A stretch of DNA of 64,000 nt from Entomortierella parvispora E1425 (Eukaryota; Fungi; Mortierellomycota), in contig BQFW01000007.1 of assembly GCA_020891255.1 (NCBI GenBank), positions 806,001 to 870,000 of the forward strand. The letters run 5' to 3'. A program made the translations under genes and the position numbers. Below, one piece after another: positions 12,571-25,256 of this stretch. Position 1 is the stretch's first letter. The number at the start of each line of letters is the position of its first letter. The notes under the pieces are model-generated. The model did not search any database, was not told the DNA's origin, and saw only the letters and a program-made list of their open reading frames with translations.

Positions 12571-15500
12571 ATGGTCAAGTTTAGTCACAGTCTGCAGTTC
12601 AACACTGGTAAGCAACCGATAGTCCCCTTTTCTCCTTTTTGTGCCTCTCTCCCTGCACAGGGCCACTTTTCTTGCTGGAAGAACGGGACTTGTTGCGCTG
12701 ATATGAGCCAACTATTACATCCCTGCAATCCCACCCCACACCATGCTCCCAGTAACACAGTCTCAACCGACGGACAAAAAAAAAAAAACCTCGACTCCCT
12801 CCTGTGTAACCATCACACGAGCGCCGAATATGGAAACCGCCCGTCGCACAGAACCGGTCTCCAATCGACACGCAACTCCGCAATCACAATCGTCGTCCTT
12901 CACTCCGTCCTCCTCGCCTCCTGCCCCCCTCCTTACTGCAACCTGATACCACACTTACTCCCCGCGACTTTGACTTGCATCTCCAATTGCGGGGCCTTGG
13001 TTCCCATCGTCATCTGGACGGATGGTGGTCGGGATCTTTCCTGGCCTCATCGGCTCTTTTGATACGATACTTTGTCCCATTTTTTTCGCTTCTGGAAAGA
13101 TGCCACCTCACGTCTGCCCTCCTCCTCAACAGCCTCCATCATGTCGTCCTCTACCTTACTCTGCTGGTCCTCGCATCACAAGACGCGTCACTAACGCCTC
13201 TACAAAATCTTTTCATGCCAACCATTTAGTTCCTGACTGGGCCAGCGAGTACATTGCCTACTCCAACCTGAAGAAGACCCTATACGCCATTGAGAAGTAC
13301 CAAGTTCAGTCCACGATCGATGGTCAAGCTCGTCCTTCCGACATTGAGGAGGGTGCGACGATCTCTTCCAACTCTGACAAGCCTTCAAGGATCGGACGGT
13401 TCTTGGGATTGAGGGGACGACACAACAACGATGCTGAGGTCGCCGCCGCTGCCAAGAAGGCTGCCCTCCACAATGGAAGCGACATCTTCCCCCCAGAGAG
13501 TGCAGCTTTTGAGCACGGTCTGTCCAAGGAGTTGACCAAGATCACTTCCTTCTATATCCGCAAGGAGCGTGAGCTCTCTTCCGAGTTGGATGCCGTTGAT
13601 CGTCAGTGGCAATTGGAAGAACTCAAGTCGAACAAGAAGGTTACCACCGAGGCCGACATGGAGCGCCGCATGTCTATGAATTTGGACGATGAGAAGCACA
13701 TTAAGGCGATCGAGCAGTCCCAATTGAAGGACAAGATGGGCTGGGATCAGGATGGCTTGGTCGATCAGGACACCATTATCGACATGAAGTCTGCTGTTGA
13801 GCCCATAAATGGCTCGACTGTTGCTGACGATAGTGTCCAGGGCAACAACAAGAACGACACCTTCAGCGTCCCAGGAACCGCCGTTGCCTTTTCTGATGTG
13901 GATGGAAGCGAGTACAATCCCAAATCCATCGGACGCAGCTCTATTGGCGACTTGACGGAGATTGTCTGGAGACGCGAGTGCTTGATCGAATCTGACGACG
14001 ACGAGGAAAAGAAGGAGAAGAAAAAGGAGAAGAAGAGGTTGATGAAGAACAAGAAGGAAGAAGCTGGTCTCTCCACCGACGCCACACCCGAGTTGAACGA
14101 GAAGAACCAACTGGTGGCTTCTTCCTCTTCGGCTGCCAAGGTTGCTCAGTCTGAGGCTCCTCCCAAGACATCCATGAACACCAGACGCTCTCTCAACGCC
14201 ATGCGCGACATTGTCACTTTGGGTCGCTCCGTCGAAAACCCCAACACGAAGCCCACGGCTTACGCTCCTCTCACGACTGAGGCTCTCTTGCGTCGTCGTC
14301 TCATCGACACCTACATGCTCTTGTCGGAGCTGAAGTCGTATGTTGCTCTGAACTACCTCGGCTTCCAAAAGATTGTCAAGAAGCACGACAAGTTGGCCCG
14401 TTGCATTACCTTGTCTCGCTACATGACCACTGTTGTTGATCTTTCGGCTCCTTTCCAGCCCGAATCCCGTCAGCAATTGAACGCTCAGATCTTGAGACTC
14501 CAGGCCATCTATGCCCGCACCTGCACCAACGGCAGCATGGCCTTGGCCGCCAAGGAACTTCGTTCCCATTTGCGCGAGTACATTGTCTGGGAGCGCAACA
14601 CTGTTTGGAGAGACATGGTCGGACAGGAGCGCAAGGCCGAAGGTGCCAGAGCTGTCGATCCCAAGGAAAACGAGCCCTGGATGTTCTTTGGACGCCCAGT
14701 CACCTTCATCACCGCCACCAATGCCCGCCGTGTCATCCTCGGACTTCTTGGCTGCATTATCTTTGCTGTGCTGATGTCGACTACGATCTTCGACACTCAG
14801 GAACAGAACCGCTGCTTTGCCATCTTGATCACCGTCGCCTTCTTCTGGGCTACTGAGGTCTTCCCCCTGTACACCACCGCTCTCCTTGTCCCCCTACTCT
14901 GTGTCTTGTGCCAGGTCATGAGGGATGCCACAACAGGCGCAACCCTCTCCACCAGCGATGCCACCACAGCCGTCTTCGCTGCCATGTTCTCGCCCACAAT
15001 CATGCTTTTGCTCGGTGGTTTCACCATTGCGTCTGCGCTTTCCAAGTACGGCATCGCCAAGGCCATTGCTAGCATGGTTCTCAGCAGGGCTGGAACAGAC
15101 CCCAAGTGGGTCTTGCTCGCCAACATGTTTGTCGCCACTATCGCCTCCATGTTCATCAGTAACGTGGCTGCTCCCGTCCTTTGCTTCTCCTTGATCCAGG
15201 TATGATACAACCTTCACTCCTTTGTTTCCACTTCTCATGACATCGGTGCTATCAAGCTTTTCAATTGAGACACGATTGCTGACCATGATTTCTTTACTTT
15301 TCCTCTTCAAAAAAAAAAAAAAACTTAGTCCATCCTCCGTACTCTGCCTCACAAGTCCAGCTTTGGTCCTTGTTTGATCATGGGTATTGCCTTGGCTTCC
15401 AACGTCGGTGGTATGGCCTCGCCCATCTCCTCGCCCCAGAACATCATTACGATCCAGAACATGTCCCCTGCTCCTTCCTGGGGTAACTGGTTCGCTGTCT

Positions 15501-16252
15501 CAATCCCTCTTTGCATTGTTATCGATTTGATCATCTGGGCCTGGTTGATGCTCCTCTGGAAACCCCACCATCAGACCCCCACCATCCCCTCGATCCGCGC
15601 CACCAAGGAGCCCATTACCTACCAGCAAATCTTCATCTGCTTTGTGACCGTGGGTACCATCATTCTCTGGTGCATTGAAAACTCTTTCGAGGTTCAGTTC
15701 GGAAATATGGGTGTGATTGCCATCTTGCCTTTGATCGCCTTCTTCGGAACCGGTCTCTTGAACAAGGAGGATTTCAACAACTTCTTGTGGACTGTGATCA
15801 TGCTCGCCATGGGTGGTATTGCTCTCGGAAGTGCCGTCGAATCTTCAGGATTGTTGGACACCATTGCTCACCATATCCAGGATGCTGTCAGCAGCTTGTC
15901 CATGTGGTTGGTCTTGCTCGTCTTCAGTGTCTTGACCTTGGTCTTTGCTACCTTTGTCTCCCATACCGTCGCCGCCGTCATCATCTTGCCCATTGTCCAG
16001 CAGGTCGGTATGTCCTTTGCGGACCCCCACCCCCGTATCTTGGTCATGGGCACCGGTCTTGTTTGCTCCGCCGCCATGGGTCTCCCCGTTTCGGGCTTCC
16101 CCAACATGAACGCCGTTGCACAAGAGGACGAGATGGGTCAGCCTTACCTCAAGACCGCCGATTTCCTCAAGACCGGTGTGCCTCTTTCTATCTTGGCTAC
16201 CACCTGTGTTGTCACGATCGGCTATGGCATCATGCACGCTTTGGGATTCTAA
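12571..16252 (+). CDS. SPX-domain low-affinity phosphate transporter (Pho87/Pho90/Pho91 family), ~976 aa
   Basis: Exons 12571-12607 (MVKFSHSLQFNT), 13230-15199 (VPDWASEYIAYSNLKK...NYLGFQKIVKKHDK) and 15329-16252. SPX lysine cluster followed by an SLC13/DASS membrane domain (ASNVGGMASPISSPQN; MGLPVSGFPN). Confidence 0.95.
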
Positions 16253-16802
16253 AAAAGCAACACAACTGGTTTCCGGTTTCCTTTCTTTTTGCATTGAGTT
16301 GTCTAGCTTTTATCTATCCTTGTATTTGTATCCATAAAACTTGTATTTATTTTCCACATTAAATGATTAAACCAGGCCCTTTGCCTACAAACGATGAGAG
16401 CTTTGAGAGAAGTACTGCTGTATGTCTTTATCCCAACAGTGGTCTTTGGCCATAAATGTGATGAGGTGAGAAATGTTGAACGGAAGTGGGCGAGGAGAAG
16501 AAAGGAAGATTGTCGAGCAAGAGATTAGAGAAAAGAAAGAGGTGAACACAATGTGTCCAACCAAGTCAGTTCCCCTGATTTTTTTTTTTTGTGGAACCGA
16601 CTGGGCAAATGGCAAAGCTTTTTTTTTTTTTGGGGCTTTGCAACGGGAGAAGCGAGCACCCTTCCATTTTGTTCGCCCACCCAGCACCACCCGCTTCCTC
16701 TCCTTTATCTCCCTCATTTCCCGTCTTACCTTTGCCATTCCGTCCCCACAAAACATTCGCACCATCCGATATCACTGGGGGAATAACTACTTACACAAGT
16801 AA

Positions 16803-18981
16803 ATGGAGGAGAATGCCACAGTTCGCCTTGCAGCTGGCTCCGGAAACAGCAACGATAGTCGTATCAATGAGCAGAGCCCTTCTGGCAAGAAGGGCCTAGG
16901 CAACTTGATATATGAATCGAATGGACTCAGGTAAACAACCCTCCATTTAAGAACACTCAAGCACAGGGAACTGCCTCGGCATACTAAATTCATATTTTCA
17001 ACCATGTGCCTTTTGTCATGATCAATGCTCAAGTGTGGAGAGTATAACCGAAGGAAATCCAACTGCTCAATTCGACGTGGGCCAAATGTACGAAAATGGC
17101 GACGGTGTTCCACAAAGCTTCACCAATGCCAGGATATGGTACATGAAGGCCGCCTCCCAAAGGTACGCTGCTGCTCAAAACAGCATTGGCGTCCTACACC
17201 GTGATGGTAAGGGTGTTCCAATGGACCATTCTACCGCCAAAGAGTGGTTTGTCAGGGCCGCGGATCAAGGACATGCCGCAGCCGAGTTTAACTTGGGAAC
17301 GATCTATCGTCACCACAGCGAATATCCGAAAGCTATGGAGTGGATCATGAAGGCCGCCAACCAAGGACATGCAATTGCACAATTCAGCGTTGGCGCAATG
17401 TATTACGAGGGCTGCGGTATTCCTCAGGACTACCAGAAAGCCATGGAATGGTATCTGAGGTCTTCCGATCGTAAATATGCAATTGCACAATTCAGCGTCG
17501 GAGCCATGTATGAACACGGCCAGGGCGTATCTCAAGACTACCGAACAGCAGCAGGGTGGTATTCTCAGGCGGCCAACCAAGGATTCGCCATGGCGCAATA
17601 TAACTTGGCCCTCTTGTACCAACATGGCAAAGGTGTGCCGTCGGACAATTTCAAGGCTTTAGAATTATACAAGAGGGCAGCGGACCAGGGAATCGTGCAA
17701 GCTCAGCACTATTTAGGACTCTTGCATCATGTGGGCAACATTGTTCCGCAGGATTCATGCATAGCTATGAAGTGGTATCTGAAGGCTGCCGAGCTAGGGG
17801 ATGTTGAGTCTCAGTTCAGCATAGGCACAATGTATGACGATGGCTATGACACTATTCAGGGCCATCAAAAGGCTGCAGAGTGGTATTTGAGAGCAGCTAA
17901 TCAAGGGCATGCCGCTGCCATGTATAATCTGGGGGTTCTTTACCAATATGGTAGAGATGTTCAGTTGGATAACTTCAGAGGTCTGGAGTGGTACCGGAAG
18001 GCGGCGGACCTAGGGAATGCGAATGCCTTATTCTGTCTTGGAGCCATGTACTACCATGGAAAGGATGCTCCACTGAACTACGCGGAGGCATTGAATTGTT
18101 ACCTCAAAGCAGCCGAGCAAGGCCACGCCGATGCCCAGCTCAACACCGGAGTGATATACCGCGATGGCAAAGGTGTTGCCCAGGACTATCAGAAAGCCAT
18201 GAAATGGCTTTTGATGGCCGCCGAGCAAAGCCACCCCGATGCCCAGTTCAGCATTGGTGAGATGTATTACGATGGCAAAGGTGTTGTCCTAGACTACGAG
18301 AAAGCAGCGGAATGGTTTTTGAAAGCTGCCATGCAAGGACATGCCGGTGCCCAATACAGCATTGGTTTGATGTATCACTTAGGCAAAGGTGTTGCCCAGG
18401 ACTACGAGAAAGCAACGGAATGGCTTTTGATGGCCGCCCAGCGAGGACATGCCAATGCCCAGTTCATCATTGGTGGGAGGTTCCGAGATGGTAAAGGTGT
18501 TTCCCAGGACTACCAGGAAGCCATGGAATGGTTTTTGAAGGCCGCCGAGCAAAAGCAAGCCGATGCCCAGTTCAGCATTGGCGGGATGTACTGCGATGGC
18601 AAAGGTGTTGCCCAGGACTACCAGAAAGTCGTGGAATGGTTTTTGAAAGCTGCCAAGCAAGGACATGCCGGTGCCCAGTACAGCATTGGTTTGATGTATC
18701 ACAACGGCAAAGGTGTTGTCCAGGACTACCAGGAAGCCATGGAATGGCTTTTGAAGGCTGCCAAGCAAGGAGACGCCGATGCCCAGTTAATCATTGGTTT
18801 GATGTATCGCCTTGGAAATGGTGTTGTCCTAGATAACGAGAAAGCCATGGAATGGCTTTTGAAGGCCGCCAAGCAAGGACACGCGGATTCTCAGAAGGTA
18901 TTGGAAAAGTTATCGGAAGAGAGTAAAGAAAACAAAGGACCCATTGGTCGATTAATGGATGTAGTAGGAAAATGGATGTAA
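16803..18981 (+). CDS. Sel1-like repeat (SLR) protein, ~691 aa, 17 repeats, no signal peptide
   Basis: Exon 16803-16930 (GTAAAC donor) plus exon 17034-18981. 36-aa repeats of the form AQFxIGxMYxxGKGVxQDYxKAxEWxxKAAxQG. Confidence 0.92.
18121..18895 (+). repeat. Intragenic 108-bp tandem repeat (7 full units) with a 324-bp higher-order period
   Basis: Units start at 18121, 18229, 18337, 18445, 18553, 18661 and 18769, sharing GATGCCCAG..CATTGG..GGCAAAGGTGTTG.CCAGGACTA..AGAAAGC...GGAATGG. Units at 18337 and 18661 both begin GGACATGCCGGTGCCCA(A/G)TACAGCATTGGTTTGATGTATCAC. Confidence 0.9.
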
Positions 18982-19327
18982 TCCTAATAAATATGGGTGC
19001 TCCCTGTCGCTATGTCCTTCTTGTTATGAGAGGCTTTATTGAATCACTCACCAATGCACGTATCCGAAGCTGGCAGTATCCCCCGCCACGTTATAAATCA
19101 GAATATTTTCTATGCGAATGTTTTCTCAAGATCGTTGCCTCGCTGATTCATCGGTTTTCACTTCCTTCTGAAACTCTGCCGTCAGTTCTTGTGGTTTCCA
19201 ACATCACTAGCAGCGCTCAATAGGTGCTGCGCAACATACATGCCCTCTAAAAAGATGTTATTAAGTATCAAATTCAAAAAGGTCTATGTGCTCGCCCTTC
19301 TCAGATCGCCGCCAAAGTCTCTGTTCG

Positions 19328-20810
19328 CTAGACAATACCAGCAGCCTGAGCCCTGTCGTACGCGCCTGACGCCTCCAGCATCTCAGGGGTTAGTTTCCAC
19401 TATGAGAGAGTAGGAAAAAAAGCAGTTGTCAGAGACACCTTTTGGTGCAGACATCGACCTCGCAAACAACTTCATATTCAAAGAATCAAAAAAAAAAAAA
19501 AGGAAGGAGAGAGATGCACTTACATTGGCAAAGGACGCAGCCTTGAGGATGTATTGATTAAACGTGTCCTTGTCCATGGGGGCAATGGGTCCTTGCTGAG
19601 CCTTTGCCTGTCCTTCACCCTCAACCTCCTCTGCTCCTTTCAAAGTGAAGGATTCCGAAGGCGTCATGGATGCAGGCGACGTTGCTGCATTGGCCATCTC
19701 CTCCTCTGTTGCAGACGTTTGTCCAGGCTGGACAAGCTGAGCGACACTCATTCCGATATTAAGCCAATCCTGGACGTCTGAAAAGTTGACATTGGCCAGG
19801 TTATTGATCAAGGAACCAAAGTCAAAGGAAGGCAAACCAGCATCGGCAGGGTGAATGACCGGATTCTCATTTTGCGAGGTCGTCGATTCGGAAACAAATC
19901 GAGTCTGGTCCTCCATCGTCGACTTGGCCCCATTCGCGGCCGGGCTCGCCCCAGGGATTGGAGGGGTCACAATGGTGCCTTTCACAGGCGAGGTGAAGAG
20001 GCCGATGCAATCTTGTCCAATGGCATAGAAACCAGACACCAAGAAGTTGGAACAACCAAAGCAATTGAGGAGTCCGAGAATATCGGGCTTGACAAAGATA
20101 TGGGTCATGATCTTGAGGCAAGTGATCGTGCACCGTTCCCGGAACCGGAGTGAAAAGTTGACTACCGAATCAATACAGGCCCCACCAGGCTCGGCTGTCG
20201 CCTCTGCGGCCATCATTCCATCGTTTGCAATGTCTGTGCCTCGTCTAGCTATAATGGAAGGGCCCAAGATCTGATCGCGTCTTTGAAGGAGAGGGTTTCT
20301 GGAGTTGATTGCACAGATCGAGTCGTTCCAAAATTCGTCAGCCAAGCCATCCTGGTCCTCATCTTCATATTCATCATCATACTCGTCATCATCATATTCT
20401 TCTGCCTCCAGATCTTCGTCTTCATATTCCTCCTCATCGTAATCGTCATCATCCTCCTCATCGTCTTCGTCTTCATCCTCATCCTCGTCCTCGTCATCCT
20501 CGTCGTCGTATTCATCAAAATCTTCTTCATCTTCATCCTCATCTTCGTCGTCTTCATCCACGTCCTGATTTTCCGTGAATGATTCCAACTCGTTGCCCAT
20601 CATCACCGTCGCTGCTACGGCTTTCAGTTTATTCTCTGGAGCTGCCACATCAGCAATTTTCGGTTCAGCAGCTGTAGTCTTTGTGATTTCTGCCGCCTGC
20701 AGGTCGTGACCGCCAGGGGGATCTGCCGCACGGATGCTCACAGCTGCCAGCTGGTTCGCAAGGGTCAAGAATAGGATCGGGCCTACAGACAACGTCAATT
20801 GGATTCTCAT
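19328..20810 (-). CDS. Uncharacterised secreted protein with hyper-acidic tract and 6-Cys module, ~452 aa
   Basis: ATG at 20810 gives MRIQLTLSVGPILFLTLANQLAAVSIRA (signal-peptide-like). Exon 1 runs to 19524 (GTAAGT donor); exon 19399-19328 encodes WKLTPEMLEASGAYDRAQAAGIV* in phase 0. Confidence 0.8.
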
Positions 20811-21284
20811 GAGTGTAGGTGTGTGCGTATGTTGACGCGGTAACGAGTTACTGGGGTTTGAGGTGGACTTCTTGCTGGGGTGCTGAGAAAGAGAAGAGGA
20901 AGGGGAGAGTTTGGGAGAAAGATTTTTGAGAGAGATAGAGGACAGAGATAAAAGGGAATGAGAGGGTGGGAAGGCCCCATCGGGACCAGTTGGACCAAGT
21001 CCGGACGAGGAGACAATTCCAAGTCGCGGTCCCTTGATTCTCTCTGATACACAGCAAGGGTTCGCTACCCTCTCATGTCTTTGGGAGGAATAGGAATCTT
21101 TGTTCCCAGGGACCACTACCCAAAGTTGATGCATGCGTCTCCGTGATTTTTATGCAACAAGAGGAAAAAAACAATGGTGATCTCAAGGAGTTGCGTGGCA
21201 AAGTTCTTTTTCTTGTTTTATTCCCTACTGGGTTTTTGCTGTTGGTACACTTGAACTTCTTGTTTTACAAGTGCAGCGCCATCG

Positions 21285-24200
21285 CTACACGTACAATGAC
21301 GGAGCAAAGACAACGCCGCGTTTAATGCTCACACATGCAGCCTCAAACTTGGCCTCTAGTTCTGTATTACCCATGATCCGAGCCGCTTTGATCAATTGTT
21401 GCATCAACTCGTACACGGACCGGAGCACTCGGACAATATCTCCTTCAAAGGCCTCAGTCATACTCAAAAGCGACTCAAACGAATTACCCTATGAAAAGTG
21501 CAGACAAGGAGGGGGAGGAGAACGGAAGAAAAGAAGAGGACAGGCATCAACACACCCCCACGTCAATGACCAAAACCACAATTAAGCAATTGAAAATGAC
21601 CGACACAGTCGACACTGTCATGGAGGTTCCGAAATAGACGATCAAAACCACGTTTTTACCTTGGCCCATGCATGGACGACATCCATCAAGTCAGACTTGA
21701 ACTTGTCCACGTATTCCTGCTCATCCACTTCAAGCTTGCTTTCCTTCTCCACTCTCACAATACTCCTTGCTGTCTCTTGCATCATTCTCAACGGTGCTGC
21801 CAGCTCCTCACGCAAGACTGGTGGCATCATTGACGTTTTTGCACTCAGGCAAAAGCAACTCAATAGGGCCACCATCTGCTCCACCGTAAGCTCGTTGAAC
21901 GAATTACTAAACATCAGCTCGGTTAACAAAAGTTCGTCTCCTCCCGTGTTCAGCTCACATGCGACTCTTCCCTTGGCTTCAATGACATCGGCGTTACTGG
22001 TAAAGCCAAGGCGACGAAGCACACGCTTACGATACTTGAGCTCATCCAATTGTGCAACAGCCTTTGCATCGGCTACTCGCTTCTTGAGATCCTTGATACT
22101 TTGTGCCACTTTGACCTTCTCCAAATACTGACCATAGCAAATTTTGAGGACCTCGGGTGATGCCTTGGAGAGGGCATGCTCTGCAAGAGCCTGCTCGAGT
22201 ACCTCTATCCGGCGAACGGTTTGTTGAAAGGCAATGTCCTTGATTCCCATATCCTCAATTGGATCAACTGCAGGCAATCCATCGGGGAACTTCTTCTTGA
22301 GTTCCAGTAAAAACTTGAAGATCAACTGTCTGACCTCGGCTGGCTTAACGTCCTTCTGAAGCATGATCCTTAAAGACCCAATACACTCCACACTCGAGAG
22401 CGAGATAGGAACAGCAATAAAGTCTCCTTCCTCACCTGGTGGACACGCCTTGACATCGGCTGCGTAGCCTTCAGCATTCCTGGTGAAGGTCGACCCCTTG
22501 GCACAGTTAAGAAGCACGTCCAAGACATACATTGGTTCGAGCTCGCGGGCCCCAGTTGGCGACTGTCGGGACTTGACGATTCTGCAGCTCAGAAGTACAC
22601 CCCATCCGAAATCTTGTCCTTGTATCCTCACGCGAAGTGTCCTTCCATTGTCCAAAAACGGCTTTGCATACTTCATCTGGAAGATAGCAGCATTGAGGTC
22701 CACGGCAAGCGCAGCAAGCTGGACCCGGATATCATGATATTTGGCAATATATCCTTCGTTTTCCACTACCATCAAGGAGTATTTCCGGTTCAAGAGAATG
22801 AGGTCCTTCTGCAAGATCGGCAGGTTGGAGTTATTCTGGAACTGGTAAAAGCTGCGCTCCAGCATGAAATCCGGTCCGAGACCCTCGATGCGCATGAGGT
22901 TCAGAATCATGGCGTAAGACAAGTGGAAAGCCGAGTTGAGAGGGTCGGTCATTCCTAGAACCATCCCCTTTGCTGCTTGTGGTTCCATTTTCGCATCCAG
23001 CATCATGATGACGATGCCGCGCTCATCCAGACCACGACGTCCTGCACGTCCAGACATCTGAATATATTCGCCACCAGTGAGCCATCGTAGTTCACTTCCG
23101 TCAAACTTGCGCACACTCGTAAACACGACAGTTTTGGCTGGCATGTTCACTCCAATCGAAAATGTCTCTGTCGCAAATAGCACTTTGATGAGTCCCTCCT
23201 GGAATAAAAGCTCCACGACTTCCTTGAGAATCGGCAAGAGTCCCGCGTGATGGATGCCAATTCCTCGGCAAAGTAATGGTAAAAGGCGTTGGATCTGGGG
23301 CAGAGCCATGTCATCCTCCGATAGTGAACTGACTGCGTTTGTAAAGACCTGCTCTACCATCCTGCTTTCTTCCTCGCTATTGAACTTTATCGATGACATT
23401 TGCATTGCCAAGGATTCGCACTCGCGCTTGCTGAAGCTGAAAACAATAACAGGATAATAGTTCTTGTTCTTGATCAGGTTGATAATCTTGTAAATATCGG
23501 CAGGTCCATCTAACAGAGCGGTGAGCATGAGCTATTAGATTACATAGGGATAGCAAGCGTACGGACAGTAAAGACTCAGCTATGTTGAGTTACCTGTTGA
23601 TATATCCTTGGCTCCAGCGCCTTTGGCCTGACCTTTGCTGTTCACACCACCGTTAGTCACTCTTTTCCTCCTTGATCCCTTTCCTGGGCCGTCGTCTGAT
23701 TCGTCTATTGACATGATGGCTTTTTGAAAGCTGTCCTCGCGGAATTGTCCTTTTTCGTTGACAACCATATGAATGCCATCGCCTCCACTAGGAAATAAAT
23801 AGTGCTGGAGAGGCGTTGGACGAAAGTTGGTATACACAACATGGCACGGCTGCTCCTTGATCTTGCAAATCCATTCTGCAAACTCCATCGCGTTTGGGAT
23901 CGTAGCTGACAAGAAAACATAGTGGCAAGAAGGTGGAAGAAGGATGATGGTTTCCTCCCAAACAACTCCACGAGCTATTGTAGATTGAGGACAATGTTAG
24001 ACCAGCACGAGACAAAAACAAGAAAGAGTATCCAGTATCGGTCAGATCAGTCCTTACCAGAGTCACGCATGTAATGGATTTCGTCAAAAATGACCCATGA
24101 GACTTCACGCATGATCTGCGAGCCATTGTAGAGCATCCCACGCAAGATCTCTGTCGTCATGACCAAGCAGGACGCACTCGGATTGATGGTCACGTCTCCT

Positions 24201-25012
24201 GTGAGGAGACCCACATCGCCAAACTCCTGTTCAAGTTCCCGGTACTTTTGATTACTCAAAGCTTTGATAGGACTTGTGTACACGACCCTCTGCTTATCTC
24301 GAAGTGCTGTTGCAATAGCAAATTCCGCGACGACAGTTTTTCCCGCAGAGGTATGTGCCGATACCAAGACCGATTCTCCTCGCTCTATTGAATAGGTAGC
24401 TAGCTTCTGGAAAGGGTCGAGTGGGAAAGGGTATGTCCGTGCTGGGGGATCGTTGGGCATATGCTGAGAAAGTGGGGTGTAATTCCAGTTTGGTGGGAGG
24501 GCGACTTCATGGCGAACCTGCATCAGAATTGAAGATTGCTACAGGTTAGTAATCACACAACGCGTGACAAGGCCAATCGAGTTCTATATCGTTCGTACCT
24601 GATGTTGAAGAGTAACGCTCGAGCCTTCCGCAGAGGGCATCAGGCCTGCTGATGCAGCAACGCTGCGAGTCATACTCTGCTCAAAACTGTCAGTGATCAT
24701 GGCTTTCGGCGAGGAATCCCTCCTTGGCCGTTTCGATTGTTGCTCCTTCAACGACGAATCCGAGTCGCTCATATTCTGATCTACATCCTGATTTCCTGAT
24801 CGAGCCAGACTATCATGGAATCCACCCGCGGCGTCCAGTTGGTGTAATTCTTCCATCGTCTCGGAGCGCTGCTTCCTGGTATGGGCCGTCAAGGCATGCT
24901 TCCTGCTTTGTGACGACGCTGTGTTGTTGGTTGAGCTTGGCTTATGGCTTGAAAAGTCGTCTGCTTTCGACTCATCAAAGATGTCGAAGGCTTCTGGATC
25001 GTCAAAGAACAT
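21285..25012 (-). CDS. MTR4: MTR4/SKIV2L2-like ATP-dependent RNA helicase (exosome cofactor), 5 exons
   Basis: Motifs [54 protein letters not shown] and [10 protein letters not shown], plus arch/KOW insertion and DSHCT end ([14 protein letters not shown]). Exons approximately 25012-24599, 24523-24058, 23974-23594, 23510-21659 and 21489-21285. Confidence 0.93.
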
Positions 25013-25153
25013 GGTCGATCCTCGGCACGCAGAGAGGGTGAAATAGGAGGTTCAGAAAGAGAAGTCGCAACAAAGGATGGATGGAAGAGAAAAGAAAAGA
25101 AGAAGTGAAAAAAAGACATGCATGCATGCAAAGAGTGTTGGAACAAACAACAG

Positions 25154-25174
25154 CACGTTGGGGTCAGTCACGTG
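25154..25174. promoter_or_regulatory. Candidate bHLH E-boxes (CACGTT, GTCACGTG) in the 244-bp bidirectional promoter
   Basis: CACGTT at 25154 and TCACGTG at 25168-25174, between divergent ATGs at 25012 and 25257. Short motifs; function not shown. Confidence 0.3.
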
Positions 25175-25256
25175 GAGTCCAACTTTTTTTTCACTTTCAA
25201 ACACCTTTTCTGTCTTCACTTTCTCATTCACGACGAGATCAACCAAGATCGCCACC

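Noticed and set aside
13385-14569. 394-aa antisense ORF opposite the SPX transporter
   Set aside because: Shadow ORF produced by strong codon bias of the sense gene; no recognisable motifs.
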